Below, piece by piece: positions 41,741 to 51,800 of a stretch of 63,715 nt of DNA (the stretch's first letter is position 1; every line of letters begins with the position of its first letter). Origin of the DNA: a virus (lineage: Duplodnaviria; Caudoviricetes); the IMG/VR virus record IMGVR_UViG_3300036859_000316, positions 1 to 63,715 of that record, one strand, 5' to 3'. The notes under the pieces are model-generated. The model had not been told where the DNA came from, did not search any database, and was given only the letters and a program-made list of their open reading frames with translations. A program made the position numbers and the translations under genes.

Positions 41741-44715
41741 CAGCCCTCCGGGTCGATGAAGCCGACGGTCTGAAAGTCGGTGATCCCCGGCGACAGGGTG
41801 GAGTCGGCGAGGGTCAGCGTCCACTCGATCGTCGCCGCCTCGGTCTCGATCCAAGCGGCGTCGGTCACTCGCTGCACCGGAGCAATATCGAGACCCTCGG
41901 GCTCACGGGCGCGCACCGTGACCACGTCGCCGAGCCAGAAGTCGTCGTCGTCACCGGGGCCGAAGCGCAGGGCCCCGGGCTCGTCTTCGTCGAGGATGGT
42001 CGCGTCTACGAACTCGACCGGGAAAGCACGCGCCGCCACCTGCGCGCGGGCCTTGGCGCGCAGGCGGTCAATGCTGCGGGTCTCGAAGGCATCGTGATCT
42101 TCGAGCACCCCGTAGCGCTGTTGTGAGACGGCGTTCTCGGCGACGATCTGCGATGCCCAGCCGCGCCGGTCGGCCTTGCCAACGGCGATAAAGCGGTTGC
42201 ACAGGGTCTCGCCCGAGGGCTGGTAGGTCAGCGCCTGGACGTTGTTTCGGCCGAGGCCAAAGTCGAGCTCGACCGTGGCGTGCTTGTCGGTGCCCTGCCT
42301 CGGGTAGAAGGTGTTGAGCAGGCAGAGGGTTCCGTCGTCCGCATCAACGGGTTCGAGCTCGAAGTCGACGGCGTTCTCCAAGTCCGCGATCTCGGTGAGC
42401 GCTTCCCAGGTGTTCTTCCCGGTCGAATAGTCCGCGACGTGGCCGCCGGAGATGCGGTCGAAGGGGCCCTCCTGAAGCGTGCCGCGCTTGATCCCGTGGC
42501 TGGGGATGCCCCGCGCCTTCTCGTCCGGGGAGGCGTCGGCGCACTCGATCAGGAAGGCCAGCAGGTGTGCCTGCTCAAGCTCGACGCCGCGCCATGCCCA
42601 CACGAAATAGGAGCCGTCCCGGCGGGCCGGTGCAGTCGGCACTCCCGAACCGTCGAGGGGCGGCGCGACGTAGTTCGTGCTGTCGCGGCGAAGGAACTTG
42701 ATGAAGTTACGGACCAGCGCGAATGACGGATCGACAGCGGCCGCCGTGAGCGTCGATATGTCCGAGCTTGAGAGGTTGAAGCCGGGCAGGACCAGCCGCC
42801 CGATGAAGAGCGGCGCGTTGCGCAGCTTCACCTTCAGGTAGACCCCGGCCTCGATCAGCGCCGCGTCGGGATCCTCAACCGCGAGCTCGACGGTCGCCGT
42901 CCGCTGGCCGTTGAGCGCGACCTGCCCCGAGCTGCCCGCCCTGCGGTTGACGAGCGAGGCGAGCGGCTTCTGCCGATCGTCGACCAGTGAGTAGGACAGC
43001 AGCGGCTCATACGGCGTGTAGGCCGAGACCACGGGCGGCGGCTCGGGTTCGGGCACGGCCTCGGTCTTGAAGCCACCGATCCCCTCCGACCAGGCGAGGC
43101 CAGCCTCGTTCCAGGCGGTGTAGCGGTAGAAGTAGTCGGTCTCGGGGTCGAGGCCGGAGAGGACGTGCTCGGCCTCGACGTCGACGCTGCCCGAGCCGGC
43201 ACTTTGGATCGCCTCGTAGTTGTCGAGATTCTTGTCCTTGCCCCACGAGAAGCGCCACTCGGTCGCCTTGCCCTTCGGGTTGATAAGGGCCTTCACCGTC
43301 GCCCTGGTCGCTTCGATCGGGGCGACGCCGGCGAGCGTCACCATCGGCTTCTCGCCGGCGGTCCCCCTACCGATCCCGGCGACGGCCTCGAACTCCGCCC
43401 ACGACTGCTTGTGGTTGGACCCGAGATCGACGACCCGGGGCGTTCCGAGCTCGTAGCGGATCCCGTGGTGGTGCGCCCAGTTGCCGGGGGTGTCCCACTT
43501 GACCTGCGTTGCGGCGGCCCAGGTGCCCGAGCCGCCCGAGAGTCCGTCGATCCAGTAGCGGTACGGGTCGGCCACCGTGCCTGCGCCGGTGCGTCGGGTG
43601 CCCGTGTAGTTGACGACCTGGGTTCCGTTCGTGAGTGTGTTCGGCTCATCGGGGATCTGCTTCGCGAACTCAGCGAGGTCGGTAGAGAAGCCCGGCGGGC
43701 CCGGGATGATCTCGATCGTCCCCGAGCCGGGCCAGGTGTAGCCCGCAGCCAGCGTCGCGTAGTCGGGCGTCGTGCCGTCGCGGTAGTCGGTCGAGTGGAA
43801 CCAGCCCACCATCCGGCATCGGTTCTGTTGGCAGTGGGTGATCCCCGGCTCGGGCTCGTTGTCCATGAGCAGCGTGAACAGATCCCCGAGCTTGGTCGCC
43901 TGCTGCGCTGGCGTGGAGTAGGTCTGGTGGCTCGGGTCGAGAATCCCCGGCTGGGCGTCGGGCGTCGCCGCCCAGTACGAGGGCCATCCAGATTCTGTGA
44001 TCCAGACGTCGAGCTCGGGCCGCGACGGGAAGGCGACGTCGAGCGCCGCGCGGGCGTGCTGCGTCCGCTGAAGGGTGTCCTGCGGCGTCCCGTTGGCGTC
44101 GGGTAGATCGGCGTTCGTCAGGTTCTGAATGTTCGGCGTGCCGATCGGGGGCGCGTGCTTGCCGCCTGAATAGCAGTGGATCGCGGCCGCGTCGATGCTG
44201 TGCTCCACCTTGCCGGTCGAGGCGAGGAACCGCATCCATTCCTCGTTGAAGGCCGAGGGCCCGAGGGACGTGAGCATGACCCCGACCCCCGCCCCGCGGA
44301 AGATCGGCGCCGACTTCCCAAGGCGGTCGGCGTAGGCGCCCCAGAGCCGGTGCCGTGCGGTCAGGTTGCCCGGGCGATTGGGCTCGTTGGAAAACTCGAT
44401 GAACTCGACTCCGGCCGCAGCGAGCGCGGTGGCGAAGGCGCGCATCTTCGTATCCCAGGCCGCGTCGCTTTGGCGAGGGTTTGAGTCGGCGACGCCATCG
44501 GGGCTGACAAAGGGGTAGGTGCTCTCGACCTCGATATAGGGGAGGACGTACTTGCCTCCGGCGGTCAGCGCCGCGAGGTAGCTCCCGAGCTGGGTGGCGC
44601 TGTGGCTGTGCAGGAACCGGACCCGGTAGGCGCCGCTGGGGAAGTCGTCGGCGTCAGGCGTTTGCGCGCCGAAGTCGGCGTGCGCCTGAAGCATGGAGTG
44701 GACCTTCCAGGCCAC
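41740..44715 (-). CDS. Minor tail protein: GH-A hydrolase + FN3-like + Gp37-like tail hub
   Basis: EFSNEPN, DAAAIHCY, VWITESGW; LSGLDPETDYFYR; C-terminal DFWLGDVVTV. Confidence 0.8.
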   Translation of the reverse strand: MAWKVHSMLQAHADFGAQTPDADDFPSGAYRVRFLHSHSATQLGSYLAALTAGGKYVLPYIEVESTYPFVSPDGVADSNPRQSDAAWDTKMRAFATALAAAGVEFIEFSNEPNRPGNLTARHRLWGAYADRLGKSAPIFRGAGVGVMLTSLGPSAFNEEWMRFLASTGKVEHSIDAAAIHCYSGGKHAPPIGTPNIQNLTNADLPDANGTPQDTLQRTQHARAALDVAFPSRPELDVWITESGWPSYWAATPDAQPGILDPSHQTYSTPAQQATKLGDLFTLLMDNEPEPGITHCQQNRCRMVGWFHSTDYRDGTTPDYATLAAGYTWPGSGTIEIIPGPPGFSTDLAEFAKQIPDEPNTLTNGTQVVNYTGTRRTGAGTVADPYRYWIDGLSGGSGTWAAATQVKWDTPGNWAHHHGIRYELGTPRVVDLGSNHKQSWAEFEAVAGIGRGTAGEKPMVTLAGVAPIEATRATVKALINPKGKATEWRFSWGKDKNLDNYEAIQSAGSGSVDVEAEHVLSGLDPETDYFYRYTAWNEAGLAWSEGIGGFKTEAVPEPEPPPVVSAYTPYEPLLSYSLVDDRQKPLASLVNRRAGSSGQVALNGQRTATVELAVEDPDAALIEAGVYLKVKLRNAPLFIGRLVLPGFNLSSSDISTLTAAAVDPSFALVRNFIKFLRRDSTNYVAPPLDGSGVPTAPARRDGSYFVWAWRGVELEQAHLLAFLIECADASPDEKARGIPSHGIKRGTLQEGPFDRISGGHVADYSTGKNTWEALTEIADLENAVDFELEPVDADDGTLCLLNTFYPRQGTDKHATVELDFGLGRNNVQALTYQPSGETLCNRFIAVGKADRRGWASQIVAENAVSQQRYGVLEDHDAFETRSIDRLRAKARAQVAARAFPVEFVDATILDEDEPGALRFGPGDDDDFWLGDVVTVRAREPEGLDIAPVQRVTDAAWIETEAATIEWTLTLADSTLSPGITDFQTVGFIDPEG

Positions 44716-44721
44716 GAGGTA

Positions 44722-45828
44722 CTACGCGCCGACGGAGAGTGCCACCAGTGGGACCGGGAGGCTGTCGGCAGCGGCAGTCGCTGCGCCGACGTCGGTCATC
44801 CCCAAAAGCGTCGCGGGCGGCGTGAGCCCGCCACTCGACGAGCGCAGCAGCAGATTCCGGGTCGGGGGTCCGGGCCGGTGCGCCCCGGCCGTGGCGCTCA
44901 GGGTCGTGTTGATGCCGTCGAAGGCGATCCCACCAGTTGCGCCAATGTCGATCCCGAACAAGACCCAGTAGTAGCCGCCGTCGAGTTCGATGCCCCCGGC
45001 GTTGAAGGCGCGGATCTCTTCCTTGAAGGTGTTGGCGGCTCCGGCGAAGGCGACCGAGCCGGTGTCGTCGATCAAGTAGCCCATCGAGTCATACAGCGCC
45101 AGCACATAGCTGCCGGTGAGCGCCGTCGCGCTTTGCGCGTACTTCCAACGGAAGCGAGTCAGCGACGTCGCGCGACGCGGCAGGAACATGAGAGCGGCCG
45201 CCTGCTTGAGATCGTCGGCGGCGATGACCTCGCATCGCTCGCCGTGAAGCGGGGGCGCGGGCTCAAGGCCGAACGCTGTGATAGCAGTGAGCAGGGGCGG
45301 GATCGTGGAGCGAAGGACAAAGCGGCGCCGGTCGCGGATCTCGGTCGAGGTCAGCGAGGTAGCGCCGTTGGCGACTAGGACGTCAGCGAGCAGGATGCAG
45401 TCCGCCGGCAGCGGGTCGATCGCGCCGTTGCGGTTGTTGAGATCCGCCAGCGCGGTCGCCACGCCCGGCAGCACTTCGAGCCGCCACTTGCGCTGCCCCG
45501 AGGAATCGGCGCTGTCATCGTAAATCTTGGCGATGATCTGATCGACGCGCGGGTTGCCCGACGAGTTGGCCGGGATGCCCCCGGCCTCGAACGCGCTCGA
45601 CGCCTTAGTGGCTGAGCAGCGGATCCGATACATGCCTTGGTCGGCGATCGTGCGGCCCCGGACCCAGCCGGTGCCCGACGAGACGTTGACCGCGAGGCCG
45701 GTCCCGGCGGTGACCTGAAGGTCGGCGCGGCCCTGCACGCCCTCGCCGGCCGGGTTCTCGAAGGGATACCGAAGATCCTTGCCGGTGATCTCGACGGCGT
45801 CCTCGTACAGAATCGGCTGCTCGGTCAC
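44722..45828 (-). CDS. Minor tail protein
   Basis: LQVTAGTGLAVNVSSGTGWV.G, NPRVDQII, LADVLV...I.D.R actinophage pattern. Confidence 0.75.
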   Translation of the reverse strand: MTEQPILYEDAVEITGKDLRYPFENPAGEGVQGRADLQVTAGTGLAVNVSSGTGWVRGRTIADQGMYRIRCSATKASSAFEAGGIPANSSGNPRVDQIIAKIYDDSADSSGQRKWRLEVLPGVATALADLNNRNGAIDPLPADCILLADVLVANGATSLTSTEIRDRRRFVLRSTIPPLLTAITAFGLEPAPPLHGERCEVIAADDLKQAAALMFLPRRATSLTRFRWKYAQSATALTGSYVLALYDSMGYLIDDTGSVAFAGAANTFKEEIRAFNAGGIELDGGYYWVLFGIDIGATGGIAFDGINTTLSATAGAHRPGPPTRNLLLRSSSGGLTPPATLLGMTDVGAATAAADSLPVPLVALSVGA

Positions 45829-45840
45829 GGGGTCATCTTC

Positions 45841-46803
45841 TCACGAGTAGGCGTCGTTCCACGCGATCTCGGCCCGCGCCGGGTCGCTGATGCTCTTCCC
45901 GCCGAAGCGGATCGTCTGCGTTCCGAGCGGCAGGGCCACGTCGGAGTCCCACCAGTTCGAGTCGTCTGCGTCGATCAGCCCGCTCGCGTCGGTCGTGCCT
46001 TGCAGAAGGACGCGGCGCGGGGGATGAAACTGCAAGCGGACGAAGTCCGAGGCCCCGAGCACCAGCCCCGTGAGTGCGATCTTGAGGCCGTGGGTGACAT
46101 TCTCGACTAGGGGATTCGTGACCGGGCCGTAGATCGTGATCGTCGGGTCGGTCTGCGTGGTGCCGGCGCTGGTCAGCGTCACCGCGCCGGCGCCCTCGTC
46201 GGGGCCGGGGATGGTGAAAGGGGGCACGAACGGCGGCGCCGCCCCGCCGCCGGCGATCACTGAGCCCGTGGTCTCAAGATGCGGGAGGCCGTCGTAGTAG
46301 CGGGCATCCGACCAGCGCACCGCGACCGCGAAGGGCCGCGAGAAGCCACGGGTGATATGGCCCGGCGGCACGAGCTGCTCTTCGCCGATCGTCACTTCGA
46401 GGGCGCGGGCCCAGTAGTAGGCCGAGCCCGCGGCGAAGCTCGGGTGCGCCGTGACCACCATCTGCTTCTCGGTCGCGACGTCGTCGAAGGCGGCGCGCAG
46501 GTCGCGGATCGCCTCGCGCAACTGGATCATGTTGAGGGCCTCGATGTCGCCCTCGTAGCTGACCGTCTTCCCACGCCGGAAGCTGCGGCGGGGGATCTCC
46601 CCGGGGCGCGCGATCGCATTGTCGCGCCGGTCCTCGGGGTCACCCGCCGAAGACAGCCCGGGGATCGAGCGAACGTGGTAGCGCGGCCACACCGCGAGGT
46701 TGTTGAGGGTGAGCCGGCCGTCCCAGCGGTGGCGGCCTTCGAGGCCCCAGAGGAAGCCGCCGGAGGCGGCGACCTCAGATGTGACGACGACTTCAGGGGT
46801 CAT
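45841..46803 (-). CDS. Distal tail (Dit-like) protein
   Basis: GT....PTITIYGPVTNP.V.N, W..AY terminus; downstream of the tape measure gene. Confidence 0.75.
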   Translation of the reverse strand: MTPEVVVTSEVAASGGFLWGLEGRHRWDGRLTLNNLAVWPRYHVRSIPGLSSAGDPEDRRDNAIARPGEIPRRSFRRGKTVSYEGDIEALNMIQLREAIRDLRAAFDDVATEKQMVVTAHPSFAAGSAYYWARALEVTIGEEQLVPPGHITRGFSRPFAVAVRWSDARYYDGLPHLETTGSVIAGGGAAPPFVPPFTIPGPDEGAGAVTLTSAGTTQTDPTITIYGPVTNPLVENVTHGLKIALTGLVLGASDFVRLQFHPPRRVLLQGTTDASGLIDADDSNWWDSDVALPLGTQTIRFGGKSISDPARAEIAWNDAYS

Positions 46804-47966
46804 AGCGAGATCGCCGTTTCCTTCGGGAAGTCGCGAACCGACTTCAACGCCAAGCCCCAGATCGGCGCGGTCAAGTGGGGCGGCGGCCCGGCTGTGCCGG
46901 CCCCCTTCGCGCGGGCATCGTAGGGAACCGGGTGCGGCTTCCAGCTCGGGTTCGGCGTCCCCGGCCCGCCCAGCGTCTGATAGTTCGGGTACGTCGAAAG
47001 CCGCGTATCCTGCTCGACGAGGCCACAGTGGTTGCCGAAGGTCGGGTCGCCGGGATTGTAGTCGGAGTAAGCGAAGTATGTCCAAGAGTGGAGGATCAGG
47101 TCCCTTACCTTCTGAAAGCCGTTGGCCGCGAACAGACCCCACAGCGCCTCGATCCGGTCGCGCTGCTCGGCGGCGGTATAGGTACGGTTGAAGGGCGGCC
47201 CGCTCGAAACGTTGCCGAGACGATCTTGGACCCAGCCGTTCTCGGTGACGTGAATAGCCATCCCGGCGGCCCCGTTGTTGTCGAGCAGGGTCCGCAGGCT
47301 CGACAGGTTGTTGTTGACGATGAACGAGGGGGAGTCGTTATAGACGTGCCGAGCCCAGGCGTCAATCATGGAGAGGTTTGCGCCGCCGGTGATCGAGTTC
47401 GGGTTGCTATTCAGCGCCGGATCGGTCAGCAGGCTCATCGCGTAGGGCGAGCCGCCGCCGAGGCAGTGGCCCCAGACGACCTTGCGCCCTGACGCGCGAA
47501 TCAGGTCATAGCTTCCGGCTAGGGCGCGCAGCGCCCGCTGGATGGTCGCGTTCGTATTGGGCTCGTTATTTACCTCGAAAATCTCGCCGCGCTGCACCTT
47601 CGGGCCCCCGACGACCGCGGGCGCATCCATAAGGTTGAGCAGTTGCGCGACCTTCGAGCGGTAGAACTGACGGGTCGGACTCTCCACGCCGCCCTGGTAC
47701 TCGACCGACGAGGGGCCGGTCGATTCGGTCGTCCAGTGGGTGCGCAAGCAGGGGTACGCCCAGACGCCAGCGTTCCATAGCGCCTTCGCGCGATTGCCGC
47801 GCTGAGTGACCTCGCCCTGGTCCTGCACCATCAGCCGAACCCCCGCCGTGGGGGTGTTGGGCGGCATCGGCACCGGCGTCCAGATCGCCTCGTGGACGGC
47901 AGTGCGGAAGATGAAGTCGGTCGCCGCCGGGGGGGCGGGTGGGGAGTGTCGCCTCAGCTTCCTCAT
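46800..47966 (-). CDS. Clan GH-A glycoside hydrolase-like tail-region protein
   Basis: FEVNNEPN, IDAWARHVY, IHVTENGW. Confidence 0.7.
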   Translation of the reverse strand: MRKLRRHSPPAPPAATDFIFRTAVHEAIWTPVPMPPNTPTAGVRLMVQDQGEVTQRGNRAKALWNAGVWAYPCLRTHWTTESTGPSSVEYQGGVESPTRQFYRSKVAQLLNLMDAPAVVGGPKVQRGEIFEVNNEPNTNATIQRALRALAGSYDLIRASGRKVVWGHCLGGGSPYAMSLLTDPALNSNPNSITGGANLSMIDAWARHVYNDSPSFIVNNNLSSLRTLLDNNGAAGMAIHVTENGWVQDRLGNVSSGPPFNRTYTAAEQRDRIEALWGLFAANGFQKVRDLILHSWTYFAYSDYNPGDPTFGNHCGLVEQDTRLSTYPNYQTLGGPGTPNPSWKPHPVPYDARAKGAGTAGPPPHLTAPIWGLALKSVRDFPKETAISL

Positions 47967-48847
47967 GCGATCTGCCCGCTGATGAGCCAGCGATTCTCGG
48001 AGGCGATCTGGCAGACCAGGAAAGCGGAGCCGTGGCGGTTGGCGATCACGAACGAGGTCGCCTCGGTTCCGTCGAGCTGGTTGGCAAGCACGCCCGGCGC
48101 GGCGATCTGGATCGTCAGCGTTCCGGGCACTCCCGTCGCGATCTTCAGCGAGCGGGTGACCTCGTGGTTATGGCCGTCGGCCACTGCGGGCCCGTCCGGG
48201 TAGGTGTTGAGCGGGACCGTGACGACGCGGTTGACGGTCGAGCCGACATCGACCCGGCCGCCGACGTCGGTGAAGAGCAGGGTCGTATCGACGCCCGAGG
48301 TCCGCTTCGGAGTGGTGCCGAGCTGTGTGGCGATCTGCGCGGGCGTGACGAGCGTCGCGGCGTCCCAGTTGTTCTCCGACTCATCCCAGACCAAGCCCTG
48401 ACCGCTCGCCATGCCGGTCGGGATGCCGTGGATGCCCTCGGTGAGCGCATTGTGCGCGTCTACGTCCCCGCCACCGCCACCGCCGCCCGAGCTGATGACC
48501 TCGTCCGGGTACTCGCCGGCGATGCCGGTGCCGTCAGCCGGTCCCGCTGGCCGCGCGCCGCGACCCGAGATCGCCTCCCAGCGAAGATCCTCGCCGCCGG
48601 TGACCTTAACGTTGTAGCTCCACTGGTCGACCCACGCCTCGCCCCCGGTGTTGAGCCGGACGATTCCGCGCTCGTCGGTGAGTAGGCAGGGCTGCGGGAT
48701 CGCGGCGCCGGCGACCGGATCGTCGTAGACCGTCGCCAGCGTGGTCGGGGCGTCGCGCTTGTAGATTTGGACGGGCTTATCGACCTTGATGTTGCCCTCG
48801 AAGTCGCGAACCACGACCTCGTCGGTGCAGACGCGCAGCAGGTCCAT
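47963..48847 (-). CDS. Probable virion structural protein
   Basis: In the tail operon; TAATG overlap with the tape measure stop. Confidence 0.65.
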   Translation of the reverse strand: MDLLRVCTDEVVVRDFEGNIKVDKPVQIYKRDAPTTLATVYDDPVAGAAIPQPCLLTDERGIVRLNTGGEAWVDQWSYNVKVTGGEDLRWEAISGRGARPAGPADGTGIAGEYPDEVISSGGGGGGGDVDAHNALTEGIHGIPTGMASGQGLVWDESENNWDAATLVTPAQIATQLGTTPKRTSGVDTTLLFTDVGGRVDVGSTVNRVVTVPLNTYPDGPAVADGHNHEVTRSLKIATGVPGTLTIQIAAPGVLANQLDGTEATSFVIANRHGSAFLVCQIASENRWLISGQIA

Positions 48848-51800
48848 TAGATATCCCCTCGTTGGCGAGCCAGAACGCCGATCTTAGACAGCAGTGCCAC
48901 CGGATCGGGCGGGCCGCCGTCGACCGTGGTCACGTTGAAGTTCTGGACGGTGGGCTCGCGGCGCCCTGCGCGCCCAGCCGCCGCACCGTCGAAGAGACCG
49001 ACCGGAGCCTGCCCCGGCGTCCCGAGCAGCGCCTTGTTGAGTCGCGCCGTGAGGTCGGCCGGGACGATCTGCGTCCCCGTCGGCAGGAGCGCGAGCTCGG
49101 AGGCGCCGGTCTCGGCGCCGATCAGCGCGAGCATCGTCTTCGTGAGCGGGCCGCCGAGCGCGAAGCCGCGATAGCCGAGCTCGCGCAGGGTGGCGAGCGC
49201 CGCAGCCTTCTGCGCCGCGTAGTTCGAGCCCGACGCGAAGGCCGAGCCCTGCACCGCCTGGGCGATTACGTGAGCCGGCCAGTTGGTCGTCTGGGCGAGC
49301 TCGATCGCGCCGCCCTTGCCGTAGTAGCCCCGGGTCAGGAAGCCCTGCACCTGCGCGGCGACGTCGCGCATCCCGATCCCTGTCCCTGCTGCGGTCGAGG
49401 GTAGGAGCTGAAGGACGTTGGACGACGTCGAGCCCATCCCCGACTCGGCCCACAGGGCCTCGAAGAGCGCCAGCACCGCTCGGTGGGGCGCGCTGAGCGC
49501 GCGAGCTACCCGGGCCGCGACTTGGGCGACCGGACCCTTGCCGCCAACGATCTCGCCGAGCTCGGCGGTGGCGGTGGGCTGGTGGCGCTCGATGAAGGCG
49601 TTCCCGGCATCGCGCATCGTCTCGACCGCCGCCCTCGCGGCCGAGGCGACCGGCCCCTCGCCCGTGACGCCGATCTTCGGGATCAGTGCCGCGACCGCCC
49701 CCGAAACCGCGCCGGCGATCTTGCCCGCGAGGTACTCGGCAACGGTGAGGAAGGTGACGTGCAGGTGGGCGTTGCCGCCGGCGACCGATGGCGGACCGTG
49801 GCCCGACCACGCCTCGGTGCCCCCCGCGCCCGTCCAGCCGACCGGCGTGAAGCCCGACTGCACCGCCGCCCTCGCTGCGCGGTCGACGAGCTCCCAGGAA
49901 CCGCCCGGCCCCGGGACGAAGTCGGCCGCGGTGCCGTACTGCGTATGTTCGGCCGAGGCGTGCCCCGGCCCGAAGGCGTCGGTGAGGAAGAGCTTGAAGC
50001 GCCGAATAAAGCTCAGCAGCGCCCCCATGACCCGCGTTGAGGCGCGCTCTCCTGGGTAGCCGGGGACGCCGGCGATCCCACCCTCGGCGAAGCCCGGGAC
50101 GCCGAGCATCCGGCCGGCCGTCGCCCACAGGCCAAGGTTGCGGGGCCGATAGCGCGGGTTAGTCGCGAGGATGATCTCCGGGTACTGCGGGCCTTCCTCG
50201 GAGACCTCGTAGTGGCGCTCGCGGGAGACACCGCCGCGGGCGAAACCCCTCGGCGACAGGTCGGGTAGCTCAAGTTCAAGCCGCGGCAGGTGCAGGTGGG
50301 AGCCGAGCCCGCTGGTCAGCTTGCGAACGGCCTGCATGACGAAGTTGGCCGCCCGGCGAACCACCGACGCCAGCGAGCGCAAGAGGCGCCCGATCTGGGA
50401 GGTCGTCCGTGAGAGGCCGTGGGGCAGGCGCGCGAAGGCGTCGATGATCCCCTCGACGCCCCGCTGGAAGACGTCTTTGGTTTCCTGGATCGCCTCGCGC
50501 GAGGCGTCGCGGACCAGCCGCAGGCCAGCACGGATCCCGTCGCGGAAGCCCTCCATGAGATTCCCGCCATAGCGACGAAAGACGCGGGACGGTGATCCGA
50601 TCCCGAGCGGGGACAGCGGCGCGGTCACAATGTCTTCGGCCACACCCTTCGCCGCGTCGAGCACGCCCTTGGCGCCGTCCTTGATTCCCTCGGCGAGCCC
50701 CTTCATCAGATCCTTGCCGATCTCGACGAAATCATCGACCAGCCCCTTGATAGTGCGGAAGGCTCGTTGCAGGGCCCGGCGCACGATCCCCGGGATCCGG
50801 CCGACGAAGCGGGCTGCGTCGACGACCCCGTGCCAGATCCGCTCGGCGACGTCACCGATCCGCCCGCCGATCGAACGCACCACGCCGAGCACGGCCCGCC
50901 AGGCCCGACGCGCGATCCCAGACAGCGCCCCCCAGACGGCGTCGAGTACGTTGCGGACACCGCGGATCTCAGCCGTGATCTGATCCTTGATAAACCCCCA
51001 CAGGCGCCCAGCGGCACGACCGAGCGCCCGCCATGCATCGACGGCCGCTCCCCTGATCGCATCCCATACGTTGCCGGCGATTCGCCGCACGGCCCGGATC
51101 GGTGCCGTGATCGCGTCCTTGATTCCCTCCCAGACCCGCGAGGCGATGTCGCGAAGTCCCCGCCATGCATTTGCGATGCCCCGGGCCACGGTGGCGGCGA
51201 TCCGCCCCACGAAGCGCAGGGCACCGCCGAGGTTGCCGATCACAAGGCTGATCCCACCGATGACCGGGCCGAGCAGAATGATCGAGCGCAGCGGTGCCCC
51301 AATCTTGTTCAGCAGGCCGAGCACGAAGTTGAGACCCCGCGCGATCAGGATCAGACCCCTCACGAACGGATCGAGCACCGGCGCGAGAAGCTGTCCGAGT
51401 TGGATAACGACGAGTGCGAGTTGCAAGAACAGGGTCACGAGATCCTTCGCCAGCGGCAGCACGTCCCTGAAGAACTGGTTGAGCCGCTCCTGCCCCTCGA
51501 CCGACCCCAGCCAGTCAGCGAGCGCCCGTGCCCCGTCGGCGAGCCACTTGACGAGCCCGCCGCCCTCGCCGGTGGCGGCCCGGATGAAGGCGAGGAAGAC
51601 GCGGCCGAGCTGGTAGGTCAGATCGAGCCACAGCCCGAGCTGCTCCATGACGCCGGACAGGTCGATGTTCTTCGATCCCCGCGCCACTTGCGCGAGCCAA
51701 TGGTTGAAGGTCCGAAGGCCGCGGATCAGGTACGGCAGCGCGGCCTCGGCGATGTTGCGCAGGATGCGGAGCAGGAGGATGAAGCCGCGCGAGCCGACGC

